A stretch of 64,000 nt of DNA, from contig NIVC01000382.1 of NCBI GenBank assembly GCA_002269645.1, positions 62,001 through 126,000 of the forward strand, in the 5' to 3' direction. Positions 48,907-61,979 of this stretch are shown here, one piece after another (positions within the stretch are counted from its first letter, which is position 1; every line of letters begins with the position of its first letter). This DNA comes from Macrostomum lignano. Lineage: Eukaryota. A model generated the notes under the pieces. It was not told the DNA's origin. It worked only from the letters and a program-made list of their open reading frames with translations, and made no database searches. The translations under genes and the position numbers were made by a program.

Positions 48907-50442
48907 GTCCGGCTCCAGGCTGGTGTCATCACCGGGTCGGGCTGCAGAACCGGGGTGCTCCAGCAGTCGGCCATGTTCGAAGTCAACCGGTGGTGTCTCC
49001 GGGCGTCTTGACAGGGTGGAGTGAGGGGTTTATCTTCGTACGCAGTTGCTATCTGCTTCTTTAAATTTGCAGATAAACTTGCTATAGGGCTTGAAGGATG
49101 GCTCATGCAATTTTCTGGTTAAACATGAACACGACAAGACACGACATATGACATTATGGCTACAATCATATTGAATGTGAGTACATTTTGCTACGTTGTA
49201 ATATTGCATTAGAATTGTAGTGTGACAATCGTATTTTGATAAATGGTGCTATAATGGCTAAAAGTTAATAGTGTTTTACCAGAGTCAATGAAAACTTACA
49301 CCTGCAAACGGGTATAATTTTACTACTATAGCGCTTATTTAAAGAATTAACGATTAAGGATTAAGAATTAAGGAATAAAGGTATCATATAGGTAGCTTAG
49401 ACAAACCTCATTTATTTCATAAGCACCGGGGCCTCGGCGGCGTGAAATTGGTGGCCGCCCCGGCCCCTCCCTTCTCCTTCCACCACTGGACCTTCGTCAC
49501 CTTCCCTGCATGGTCCACCGCTACCGTGGTGGGCAGCAGCTGCCAAGGGCTGCTGCTAGTCCTAGTCGGCTGCGTGGTTGGCTGCTGCTGTGGCTGCTGC
49601 TGCTGCTGCTGCTGCTGCGTATCCATAATAGCAAATATCCAAATAGCAATTAAATAGCAAATAGCAAATTGCCTCATAGCAAATCTCCGAATTCTCTGAA
49701 AATTGAAAAGTAAATAAGTAAAAGTAAAGGTAAAGCAAAAGTAGAAGTGAATAAGAGTAAAATAAGTGTATCAAAGGGTGTTTAAAATGTTTAAATGGAT
49801 TTAAGGTAGTTAAAATGATGGTAAAAGTGTATAGCTTGGTTTCACTAGCTAGAGAAACCTAGCTTTTAGCTCAATGCTCCTGAGCTGCAGCTCATTGCTC
49901 ATGGATGATGTCAGAGGCATTTCAGCTGAAAGCTTAAAATAAAAGTGAAATGTGACTACAAATAATTGAAGAGCCTGAAAGGAATTAAAGATTCAAGAAA
50001 GTGAAAGCAATTGTCGCAGGTGTAACTCCTGTCTTTTCTAATGATATCTCACCGTGCCGCCAAGTTGTTGTCGGGTCTTTAATATTATTGTATTTTTATC
50101 CCACTTTGCCACCAAGTTGTTGTAGGGGTGTTTAATTATTTTAAATTATTCTACCGATGTCAACAAGTTGTGGTAATTTAGAATATCTATCACTCTATGA
50201 AATTATTTAATCAATTATGGTTTCTTAGAAAAACATTAAGTCTAGAATTTTAACCTAAGGACTCCTTGAATCTATGCAAGTCGCCCTGGTAGCAGTGTCG
50301 AGCGGCAAACACTGGTCTACATATATTTTACTGGTTACCACTATTGCTATTAGACTCTTATATTTAATTCTCAGTCCTACGTACAGGCTTCCCTGGGAAG
50401 GAGTTGCCCAACTACTCAACCGTTTGCTCCCTTTTACTGGCT

Positions 50443-50545
50443 TCTCACAGCTTCCTCTGGCTTCTTACAGCCTTCACCTCTGGCTTCTTACAGCCTTCAC
50501 CTCTGGCTTCTCACAGCTTTTCCGTCTGGCTTCTCACAGCTTTTC
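50443..50545. repeat. ~23-bp tandem repeat
   Basis: acagccttcacctctggcttct(t/c) repeated about four times. Confidence 0.8.
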
Positions 50546-51675
50546 TCTCCTTTCTTCTGCTTTCCAAGTGAACTGAGTCAACACGATTAGCTTTCTTAAC
50601 CGAATCAGAGAATCGGCGGGCGAAGGAAAAATTGCCCGCAATCGCTTGTATTTATAGTCTCAAAGGGGGGAGGTGGGGTGCGCGGGTCGTGAACAAACAA
50701 ATTTCTTTATAGCGTTTTAACAAAATAATTTTCCCGAATAAAACAAACCTATTAAAACAAAGATTTCATTCTAACAAAAAATGCGTTGTTAAGCGTAGTT
50801 TAACGGAAATTCAAAATCATGGTTACGTGAATATTAAAACACATCGGGCCTGCCTCACAATAAGGACCTCTTGTGTGATAAGGTCCTTATCACACAAGCT
50901 GGAATGGTGGCTTTGCTTGCTATCTTCAGGCTGGCATCTGAGAACTGGTAAGGCTTGGCTAATCATTTGTTGTAAAGTGTTTGCTAGATACCCAACCCAA
51001 AATTGTTGGTTAGCTCATGCAAAGCAATAACAATTGATCCCAGTGCACACTAGAGTTATTTGGTCTTGTACAGGTATATAACTTTGCTATGAAATTTCCT
51101 TATAATGACTCTTTATTTATCAACTTTATTTTACCAGGTCTTTATCACACTGGCTCACTAGCTGGAATTGTGGCATCTGGTTGTCTTCACTCTCATGGCA
51201 TAGCTAAGGGCATATAAGAACTAATCACATATGATTAAATGCTATGGTAAGTGCTTGAGTACATAATCATTTTTAGTGTTAGCCCAACCCAGCCCAAGAT
51301 ACCCAACACAAGTGCTGGTTGCTTGAGCTCTTAGTTTTAATAATGCATGCACAGTAGTTTGCCTTAAGCTTGAGGTTTGCAGTGCATTGCAGCTTAAAAT
51401 GTTATTTGGTCGAGCCAAAATTAATAAGAATTCTCAAATTATATGTCTGAAATATGTTTCTGATTTTCTAACTATTGCTGTGTGACTGGCTTTTTGAAGG
51501 ACAAAAACACTTTTTGAGTAAACTGAGGCTAATTTAAAATGAGACTAATAACCGGACCCGCTGGCCTGGTGTAGCTAACCTCTGGATAAGGGGAAAAATT
51601 TATGTTTATGGTTTTGTGTGACACAAAAAATGGATTTTTCGAAAGTTTTCAAAAACTTTAGAATGAGTTTTCAAG

Positions 51676-54440
51676 TTATCGTATTACCCGAAGAAGGTAG
51701 GACAGAAGCACCGAAACTGTTGACTTCGTGTGGTCGGTTGAGTCGCTCACCAGGGCCAACATAATGGAGCAGGATTTGCGATAGACAGCAAAGGTGAATA
51801 TCGTCACCTGGTTTTGGCACCAGTAGGCTTGCTGTGTTGCATCCTGGTGCGCGCAGGTATAATTTTCACTAAAATCGAAGTGAAAAATTTGCTCGTCTTC
51901 AGCGAGAGCAGCCTTCCTATCGCTATAAGCGGCCGACTGGTGCACTCTGGTCCTCTCTTGGACAATAAATTTGGGCAGCAACGCCAGCAGGAGCTTGTGA
52001 GCCGTGTCGACTGTGACGGCTCGGGCATCTTGCTCCATTCGCTGCGACTGCTCTTTGCGCTGCCAGAAGCGGAAGGTGACCCCATCCTCTAAAACCTCAG
52101 GGTCAGGATTGGGGATGCGATGACTATTCGAGCTGCTGCACACATCGCACAAGCCAACGGCGCACCGTGGGGTGGCAGGAGTACAGTAGACAACCGTGGC
52201 TAGCCAATCTGATGAATAGGCTGGAAGCCTGGTGACCTGCGAGAGCGCATTGCAGACGCTGGAAAAATGCAGAGGTTACATGTACGAGGTCGCGAGGTGT
52301 ATTCAAAAAGTTCTTTTCGGTGCCCTACAAAACTGAACACAAAACAACTGGAACTATGAAAACACTGTTAGATTGCTTAACATGATTCTGTCACTCAACA
52401 TATTCACCGCCAATGTCTTTGCACTTCTGCCAGCGATTTACCAGGCCTCTGATTCCGGAACTCACACCACTCGCGTCCGTTTGGCGAACAGCTTGATTGC
52501 ATGCAGCTTCGATGTGCTCGACGCTGTCAAATCGAATGCCCCGAAGGTGCTTCTTCACAGATGGAAATAAGAAGAAGTCGCACGGCGACAAATCAGGCGA
52601 ATAGGGTGGATGTTGGAGCACTTCCCAGCCCCATTTGCTCAGGAGTTCCACGACGTTGTGCTGGCGCATTGTCGTGCAGCAGGATCACGCCAGATTCCAG
52701 CAGACCAGGGCGCTTCTTTCGTATTGCTGGGCGCAGCTTCTCCTGCAGAATCCACTTGTAGTAGTCCCCATTGACGGTGGTTCCTTGTGGGACTGCCCAG
52801 TTCAGCAGGATTCCTTGGGAATCAAAAAACATGACGTGCATGATCTTTATCGCGCCCTGCTTCCTGATGGCCTTCTGAGGTCTTGGAGAATGTGCTGGAA
52901 GCCATTCGGCAGACTGGGCCTTTGTCTCAGGATCCCAGCTGTAAACCCACGTCTCGTCTCCAGCAACAATTCTTGATAGAAAATCCTCCCCTTCTCGATG
53001 GAACCGACGCAGGTGGCTGCTTGAAGCCAGAGTTCGCTGCATCTTTTGCTCACCTGTCAGCAGGTGTGGCACCCACTTGCAGAACTTTTTCTGTAGGAGA
53101 AGACGCTCAGTCAGAATAGTGTGGACGCTTCCAACTGACACACCAACGTCTTCTGCCAACTCTTCGCAAGTCCGTCGCCGATCATCATCCAAGAGCTCTT
53201 GCACTTTCTTCACAACAGTCTCTTTGGTTGCAGTCATCGGCCTTCCAGAGCGGCCATTGTCCTCAACGCTCTCTCTTCCCTCAGCGAACAGCCGGTACCA
53301 TTTTCGAACTGTCTGCTCAGTTGGTGCACAGTTGCCAAGCACTTGCTGAAGCTCCCTAAACATATCCGGTGGCTTTTTTCCTTGCAGAAACTGAAACTTC
53401 ATCAAGCTTCGAACGTCTTGCTTTGAAAATGATTCAGCCATGGCCAAGAAATTGAGTGGCAGCTGATAGAAATGTTCGCTGCTCTAACATAGTTGCAAAC
53501 TGAGACTTAAAACCCTAGGAACGTTTAGGCCATAGAAATAACTTGGTAAAATCGCTAAAATTCTGTTTACAACGCTTTCTAAAAATAAATGCCAAAGGAC
53601 CGAAAAGAACTTTTTGAATAAACCTCGTATGAATAAAGTTTTATTTTATGGTTTTTTTACTGGTTGATTTATCAATTAAAGTTGTAAAGTACCTTTCAAA
53701 TTCTCGTGTTCGAGGCAACAGCACGAATAGACCGGCGTGTTGCCGAAAGGCACAACGTGCTTCGGGCGCAGCTCACAAAACTTTGACAGCGAGACAATGT
53801 GCCCTGATTCGCAACTGAACAGGTTATGCACCTCCTTAAGGCTCATTAAGAGGTACCGCTTCTGAATGGGTTCATTATCGACACGCACATATTCCTTCCG
53901 ACCAGGAGAACACTGGGAAATTTCATCCCTTAGGAAGAAATTTGTGACGTCCATAATGACCTCATCTGGTAGACGGCACCTCACAATGGGCTTCGGAAAT
54001 GGCAGACTGTTCTCTTGAACCAGGCGCATCAGAATCGTCTGGCGCCTTGCTGGGGTCCTTAGAAGTGCATCGCGAGCCCTATGATTGAGAAGTGTGGGTA
54101 GACGAACGTACATAATGCAGTTTTCAGAATCAGAAACGACATGTATTAATCAGTTTAACCAAGGAAATGAAAAATCAGATGTCCAAAGTAGAGGCTCTGT
54201 ATATTTTACTTACTTGTTCAATGCACGAGAAGTCGCCTGCTTCGTTTTATATGCATCCTGTGCATTGGGCTCAGAAACAGCAGCATCAGCAGCAGCCTTC
54301 TGGCGTGCACACCAGGCCTGGTAGCGCAATCTGCCCTGCTCACACTCCTTTATTGTTGCCTCCGACTTCTGTTGCTTCCGGCGGCGGGCACTTCGCAGCC
54401 TTTCCTTTTCTTTAAGAGTGCCAGCATGTTTTATGCGATA
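51676..54440 (-). pseudogene. DFSENY-type DDE transposase remnant (Sola-like; superfamily uncertain), C-terminally deleted
   Basis: Pieces at ~54440-54212, 54113-53690 (FFLRDEISQCSPGRKE...QKRYLL...SKFCELRPKHV...CCCLEHEN) and ~52260-51676 (HFDFSENY...QQAYW.QNQVTIF...SDSTDH). The protein stops before the later catalytic motifs. Confidence 0.7.
52285..53627 (-). mobile_element. Mariner element 3 (different family), frameshifted
   Basis: TIRs CGAGGT(G/T)TATTCAAAAAGTTCTTTTCGGT with flanking TA at 52283-52284 and 53628-53629. ORF 53447-52593 (WVPHLL, AGDETW, HDNAPA) continues in another frame at 52669-52391 (YSPDLSPCDFFLF). Confidence 0.92.
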
Positions 54441-57400
54441 GTTTTTACTATTTAATGCCTGGCTTTTTTTGGATGCGGCATGGTTAAAGACTAAGACTTG
54501 AAGTCTAGTTAGACTACTAATGCTGAAGATTAGGGCATGTGTTAAGGTGCAGTGCAAACTAAAGTGAAGAGTTCTAGGTGCATGGTTAGTAATTTGAACA
54601 ACCTTTTTAACAGTGCAGGTTGAAAATGATTTTAAGGTATCAAACAAGTAATTGACAGTATACATTTTTATTAAAAGACTTGAATTCCACTATATTTTTC
54701 TTTACAATCAAAACTATACAAAATTTGAAAGAGAAATTGAATAAGTAATTCACATTAAAAAAAAGACATGATTTTAGAATATCAGTAAATTCAGTTTTTT
54801 TTGTATAAAATTTAGAAATAAATGATAGTAATTCAGGTTTTATGAAGATCAACAGATTTTAGAATACCAGAAAATGATGGTCGTTAGGTAACTTTGCAGG
54901 GTTTTTTTAGCATGTTACACTTATAAACCTCTTGAAAATTTGTACAACAACTTTTTGTAAAAAAATGATGGCCGTTTTTAACACTTAAAAAAGGGAAGTC
55001 AAACTTTTTTAAATATAAAATTATGATAGATAGAACTATATTAGATCATAAAACTTTATAATTTTAGTATTTAGATATAAGAAAGAAAGATTTTTATTAT
55101 TTATGCACTTGATGCATTATGTTTATTAACTTTTTTTCTCATTGAAAACTAGATTAAACTTTTTATATTGTCCCGCGAGACACTTAAAATCTTGGAAGAG
55201 TACCATGATCAAAACAAAATGTATATACATAATTACATAATTAAAAATTAAAAAAATTCTATACCTTTGATGACCCACTCTCGTTTCGCTAGCGAATCAC
55301 TATCACTAGAATCACTAGATAGTGCGAAAATAGCAATGTGATAGCTTTTGGAGGCATAACGCTTGCATGAATTCTTTCGCCGTTTGATATTTTGAAGAGC
55401 ATAATTTGTTCCACATAATATAGCAAACTTTTCAAATGAATCCATGAAGAAATGATTGCACCACACTGTGCCAAAGGTCGGGAAAGTACGTTTCTGTACT
55501 TTTTTCTTTTCGCCAACAGGGTAAATGGGGTGCGATACTTGCGCCATTTTCAAAAATAGATTCTACAAAGCCCATTTTTATATTCCAATCCATTTTCACA
55601 CATTCGCCACTTATTATATCAACCATAATGGACTTTCTTGTCAAAGATCCATTTGCTGCAAAGGCGCTATGCAATAATCACGTAGTATTGTTTTTTTATT
55701 GCAATTGAAACGGATTAAGTAAGTTTATTTTTATTTTTAGTATATTTTATGTAAATTTTTGTACAATATCAAGCTTTCGCAATAATATTAATTACCCATG
55801 TTGTTATAATATTTAGCATGCTACAATTTCAAATGCTTTACTTTCCAAGATGTTATCTATCAAACGTGTCGAATACCGTTAATAATAATATAAGGGACAA
55901 GGGCATACTTTAATCGCCCCTCTGTCAAACTGACCAGAGCCAAAAATACCCAGAGCCAAATCTAGTATATTTTGCACGCTTTTCAGCATAAAGTCAGTCA
56001 GTTTAATTAGAAGCAGCCGAAGCACATTTTGTTTCAGCTGTTTTCCTCTGTATTTGTGCTTGCTAGTTGATGATATCGTTCATTGAAAATTTGTACATGA
56101 AACCAAGAGTTTTGTCTATTTTATTTATTTTGTCTATTTTATCAATTGCTGCAGTAGATTGAGCCTAGTAATATTTAGTTTAAAGCAAAGTTAAAAAAAA
56201 AATTCTTGTTAAATAGTTTTGTCTAGATTTCTAATTAATTCAAATAGTTTATTTATTTTTACATATTCCTTTTAAGGCTATATTTTCTTTAACTATTGTG
56301 CGTATATTTAAAATATAATTTTATTCATACCTATGACTATAATAGATTTTTGCATGTTTTTATTGATGTTAGATAAAAATTTTAACCTTAGGTGAGGGTG
56401 GTGTTATCCTAATACTAAAACTGACCAGAATCTCTAATTTGTAAAGAATTTGCTATTTATTAATTATTCCTACTATTATATCAATATACAAAGCCTAACA
56501 TCAAACATTGATCGACTTATAAAGGATGCTTGGGCCTCTGACCAGGCAAGGCAGGTGTGGCTTTTTGAGAGACATGGCCTACCAGTGTGCCATTTGACTC
56601 CTTTTCCCCTTCTGGCCTCTTTATGTTGGTTGGTGGAATGAGTTATTTGTTGTTGTTGAGAGAATTTTAAAATAAAAACAACAGTGTTAGCGATCTGGGG
56701 ACTATAGATAGATACTAATGTAAATATAAATCATTGTATGTCTAAAATAAAAAAGATTAGTGAAATAAGCATATATATAAAGGTTCTATCACTATCAAAC
56801 TAAAAAGCTACATTTTTCAATATTTAAGAATCTTTAACCAGAAAAGGTTTCTTTACAGCTTTATAATGCTTGTTAAGTTGATATAGTAAAAGCATTTAGA
56901 AATAAGATATCAGTTGCTTTCCTCTACTATATTGTCTATTTAGGTCTGCAGTTGGCATCAGTTGGTTTCTCTTACCATAGTTTCCAGTTGGTTGGTTAGC
57001 AGTTGGCATCAGTTAGGTTTTATTACTGTTAGTCTTAGCACAGCTTGTTATTTTGACTTCAGTCTGTATCGTTCCTAATTTTGGATACATTTAGTTTTCA
57101 TTCATTTTTACATTTCAGTTGCGTCTATTGGCATCTGAAGCAGAAACAACGCTGCCTCCTTCTGGGAAAATGTTTCTTGTCAAGAATCACATGTCGATGT
57201 GAGTGAGGAAATGTTGCTGCTGGTATTCCGGATTGGAGTAGCTCATCAGCTACTGTATTTTTGCACGGAATTAGTAGATGACGCTGATGTACGAGCTAGA
57301 TGCAGATGACGATGTAGATGACGATCATCGCCACAGAAGGAAATGCGGCACTGACGACCCCTAGCGCCGTGGGGTGAGGCCAAGGACGACTTAAGATTAC

Positions 57401-57489
57401 GTCAAAGTATACGTATACGTCATATACGTCATATATAAGTATACGTCAAGGACGACGTATATATTACGTATATTACGTCCGTCCGTATT

Positions 57490-58075
57490 AAGTAGTCCTT
57501 GTCCTTCAGTTGTCCTTGAGTACGAGCGTAGTCCTTGGGCATACCCTCACTGAGGGTGAAAAGCCTAAAATGGAATGGATAATCGCCACTGAACTGAGTT
57601 GAATGGGGATGAGATCCATTTGCAACTCCATGGAGTTGACGCCTCCACTACTTAGTAGGCGGAGGGTTGGCGCCGCCCAGCAGGGAGGTCCCCCAGTGTC
57701 GCCAGCAGCTATAGTGCTCTCTGGAAAGGAGAGTTCAGCCCTGCGGGTGGCCCGGAGGTAGCGCAAGAGCTGATTAAAGTTTTCGGGTTTGCACGCTTCA
57801 GTAATAGATGTGTATGGCCCGAGGTAAGTGAGTCTGGCCCGAGGTAAGTGAGTCTGGCCCGCGTCAGGTGGGACAAATGCTGAAGAAATGCTCCGCGGTT
57901 TTGTCAACTGAGTTACAAAAATTGCAGATGGCGTTGGTGGCGTTGCCCTGCAGGTACTGGTGCCTAGAGAAGCAGCCATGGCCTGAAAGGGTCATGGTGG
58001 CAGCCCGGATGTCTCTACGCGATAGGCGCAAGAGGAGCCTCCGGAGCTGGTGAGGGGGCTGAGGGACAGCGCCTC
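57490..58075 (-). mobile_element. 3' end of a non-LTR retrotransposon
   Basis: LLRLSRRDIRAATMTLSGHGCFSRH...CNFCNSVDKTAEHFFSICP is the typical LINE C-terminal CCHC region. There is a 20-bp tandem duplication at ~57816-57860, followed by a putative 3' UTR. Confidence 0.7.
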
Positions 58076-58099
58076 TGAATTGCCTGCAGTTAGTGCAGT

Positions 58100-59720
58100 T
58101 CGCCCAAATCGAGCGGTGCTGGGTCCTGATCCACGCTATGATGCGCAAGTCGATGACACAGCCGGGAATCGAGACAAGAGGTTTGGAGGTTGTCGCGGAT
58201 GATCACCGCCGTGTTGCTGCCAGCTTAGACCACAAAGGGAGCGGACTCGGCCGTTGCCCTGGAACTTGGCCGGTAAGCAACTGGTGCGTCGATCTCGAAG
58301 GTCATTGTCAGCGGGCTCCTCAGGCTGCCCCGGCCGTCGCTCCTCGCCGTCGAACGGTAATTGAGTAGCAGCTTGGCCAGATACGCTTCGAAGGAGCCGC
58401 GGTGTGCTGCAAATGCCCGGGGCCATGCGCTCAGCACAGCCGTTGGACTGCGGATGGTACGGCGGCGAGTGCACCAGGTTGCACCCAATGCGCTGCAGCC
58501 ACTACTGCAGCTCGCCGTCGCAGAATTATAGCGCGTTATCAGATACCAGGGTCCGGGGCACGCCTAGCCTCGAGAAGATCGCCCGCAGAACCCGCAACGT
58601 CGTTCTGGCCGTCCTGTCGGGCACCAGCATCGCCTCTGGCCAACCAGTGAAGGTGTCCACCATGATGAGGAGGGAGCCGGCTCCTTGCACGTGCGCATGG
58701 TCGATGTGCACCCGCTGCCACTCCGTGGTCTCCGCTGGCCAGGTGTACGTCGTGCGGGCTGGTGGTGTGCGGATCTCCGCGCACTTCACATACTGCTTGA
58801 CCTATTGCTCGACGTCATCGCAATGGCCTGGCCACCAGGCTTCTCGCTTCAGCCGGTTGCGCGTCGCCAGCGCTCCGCAGTGGGTGTCGCCGTGTGCTGC
58901 ATGTAGCAGCTGAGGTCGCAGCGCGGCTGGTGGCACCACCAAGTCACCCAGGCAGATGACGCCGTCCTCGATGGACAGCTGCTAGCGCACGCTCTTGAAG
59001 GGACGCTCGGCCGCAGAGCAGTTGACCAGATGTTGTCGCGGATCCGGCGTTTGATGCCCAGCAGCACTGAGTCGGTCGCTGTTGCCTGCTGGATGTCCTC
59101 GAGTTTTAGCACGTCGGTCTCTGTCCAGTGGATGACACTCTCGACTACCTCCGGTTGCTCGGACTTCTCCTCGAACTCGAGTCTCGACATCGCGTCGACA
59201 TGTGGAATGCTTCTTCCGCGGACGTACGTGATATCGTAGTCAAAAGCAGCCAGTTGGATTGCCCACCGCGTGATTCTCGCAGACTTGACTTTCGGGATCT
59301 CCTTGGCTGGGCTGAAAATGAACTCCAGCGGCTGATGGTCGCAGTTCAGGGTAAACTTGGCGCCCAGCAGAAAGTGCCGTACTCGCTGAGTCGCCCACAC
59401 GATGGCGAGAGCCTCTCGCTCGATGTTGGAGTAGTTCTGCTCTGCCGCTGTGAGCCGTCGAGACAGGTAGATCACCGGGTGCTAGTCTTGAGTCAGGATG
59501 GCCGAGATCGCTTTCGCACTGGCGTCTGTTGTCAGTGTCGTGCATCATCAAAGATCATCAAAGCATCAAAGATGCGCACTACTGGATACACTGCCAGAGC
59601 CTTCTTGAGGTCGTCGAATGCCTTCTGCTGGTCCTGGCCCCACTTGAATGGTGTCTGCTTACTTCTCAGCTTCGCGAGTGTCTCGACCCGCTCAGCATAC
59701 CAAGGCACAGAAAATAACCC
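58100..59720 (-). pseudogene. Degenerate Ty3/Gypsy pol (RT end, RNase H, integrase)
   Basis: FKWGQDQQKAFDDLK, TTDAS..., NYSNIEREALAIVW, CDHQPL, RITRWAIQL, RVHIDHA, DTFTGWPEA, LVSDNA and PPYHPQSNGCAER, spread over several frames with stops. Confidence 0.88.
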
Positions 59721-60470
59721 CTCCGAGGACGTGGTCCCTGTCAGAGGGAAAGCCGCGAAAGCTTCAGCAACAGGCGGACGTGGAAACCCGCCCGGAACAC
59801 TATCCGCTCTGGTCTGACTCAGCGCGCGAAGCAGTTGCTTGACACCGCCAAGGCCATGCAACAACCGCAGCAACCCCCAGCCCAGTGTCACCACCGCGTT
59901 CCCCCCTCCCCCCGGAAAACCGGGCCGAGAGCGAGAATGCCGCCCAGGTGGCGACATCGCCCTCGACCATGGAGACCATCCGGGAGGAACCCATGGAGCT
60001 GGAGCCTGGAACTAATGGCGAGGCAGAAGAGGCGTCTCTCCAACACAACCCACCTTGAGCCGGCAGGAAGCTGTGCGGACCAGTCGAGGAATCTCCGGAG
60101 TGGACATTCTGCAGCCAAACCTACACCACTGCATCGCGGACTCGACCAACCTGATGCAGGTGGCAAACTTTGTGAAACCGGGCATTATCCTACTCCAGGA
60201 GACCTAGACGAATAAAGGTAAGATTCCGAATATTCCTGCTTTCTGAATTTCCGAATGGATCCCCAAAACCCCAGAGCAGCCATATTCGTGCGTACCCATC
60301 TCAAAGCTTGGCACAGACCGGACCTCTCTGATAGTGTCATTCAGTCCAACCACATAATAATCACCAACCGCACGGTCATCATCGCCTCGATCTATATCCC
60401 TGGCGATGGCCCCGCTGTTCCACCCAACCTCACCTCCCTCGTGGACTACTGCTCTAACCATGTGTGGGAC
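59721..60470 (+). pseudogene. LINE 5' fragment (ORF1 tail and AP-endonuclease N-terminus)
   Basis: KILQPNLHHC...IILLQET*...RAAIFVR...IIASIYIP resembles the start of a retrotransposon APE domain. It contains a stop and is truncated. Confidence 0.65.
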
Positions 60471-61979
60471 GAAGAGGAGTCTCTGTCCGGACATGTGTGA
60501 CGTTCATTTAGAAAACTACGATGATTCTTGGTTCCTCAAAAGAACGATAAAGCCAAATACGTAACCTTTTTTTATTTTGGACCTGGGTACATTTTTGTCC
60601 ATCCAACTGTTACATTCACATCTCACGTCGGTTTTTCTGCAAAGGAACAGATTGCTCAATACTCAATTGCTCAGATCGCTCACAATTGGTGGAAAGGGAC
60701 AAATTCCTCTCCAAAAATTGATTGGACAAAAGTTGACAAGAGGTGAAAGATAAAATAGTAGAAAAATGGTGCGAAGGTAAAAAAGTAGAAAATGCATGGT
60801 ATGAAACTGCGCAAACATTATAATATAACACTAAACACTTATTTTCAAATGCTTAAACTACGAGCCACGAGCTAAAAAACGAAAAACTCATTATATTAGG
60901 CACAATTGGATCTGCGTTAAATGGTCTAAAAGCATTGTTTAAACCAGGGGTTTGGAATATTTTCCAAACTGGGGACTCAAAACAAAGGGCATACGAGCTA
61001 CGAGTATATCATGCCTCTGGAGGGAACTTCAGGCTAGCAAATTTTATAGTAGTGTTTTGCAAATACGAGTAATTATTAAAAAAATTTCCTAAACTATAAT
61101 ATCCAAAATTTGAGCATTTCGTTAAATACAGTTTAACGATTAGGTAATTTCAACGCCCATAGTTACGTCAATAGTAACTAAATATCATTTATATCAACTT
61201 GTCACAAGTAGTGTCATTGGTAGTAAATATACTGGTAATACAGCTTCATACCTTTTCTGCTAGTCACCTTTCATTTACTATTCATGCATTTCTGTCTGAA
61301 CCAAGAGTGAAAAATTGCTGGTTACACCTTTTTGCACAAACTACGAGCATGTTGTCTATATTAGACGTACATATTGTGTTAATACGCTCGTAAGCGAGCC
61401 AACGAGGCGCAGATTGTGGTGGTAAAAAACATGACACGACGGCTCACAAAAGAAATTATTAGAACATCAGTCTGCAAGGGGAGAAGCTACAAAGTAAAAG
61501 TGAGAACCATTGAAAATTGTCATACGGCACCATTAGCATTCCTTACACATGGCAGTTCGCGGTACAATTTGCTAAGACGTAAACGAAAATGTTCGGTCTG
61601 CCCACACGTGCAGTTTGACGTTCAGAAACAATGTTCGAGGCCCCAAGATTTACGTTCGCTAGATTGTCGTACAGGAAGTTCGTTTCACCGACTCGGATCC
61701 GAGCCAAGAAATGCGATCGACTGGCATTGAAGAACGTAGTGCAAAGTAAGTCGTAGCTAAAAAATAAACGTCGCAGACGCAAGTTCTTTTTATAAAGTAA
61801 GCATTAAGATAATGACGCTATTAAAAACTACTTGGATTACCTATTATTAAGAAATGTGCATTACACATTTATACAATACATACTGTACGTATGCTGTATC
61901 CGTTCTTTTTCTTTGTGTATTCAGAGTCAATGTAGCAGAACTACTTTGTTCTTGTGACATCAAACTTACAAGAATGTGA

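Noticed and set aside
49417-49677. Short Gln-rich ORF
   Set aside because: Driven by a CAG repeat, with no recognisable domain or splice context.
61543-61782. Helitron helicase tail (…ARVGRPNIFVYV…)
   Set aside because: One partial motif and no clear CTRR end or hairpin.
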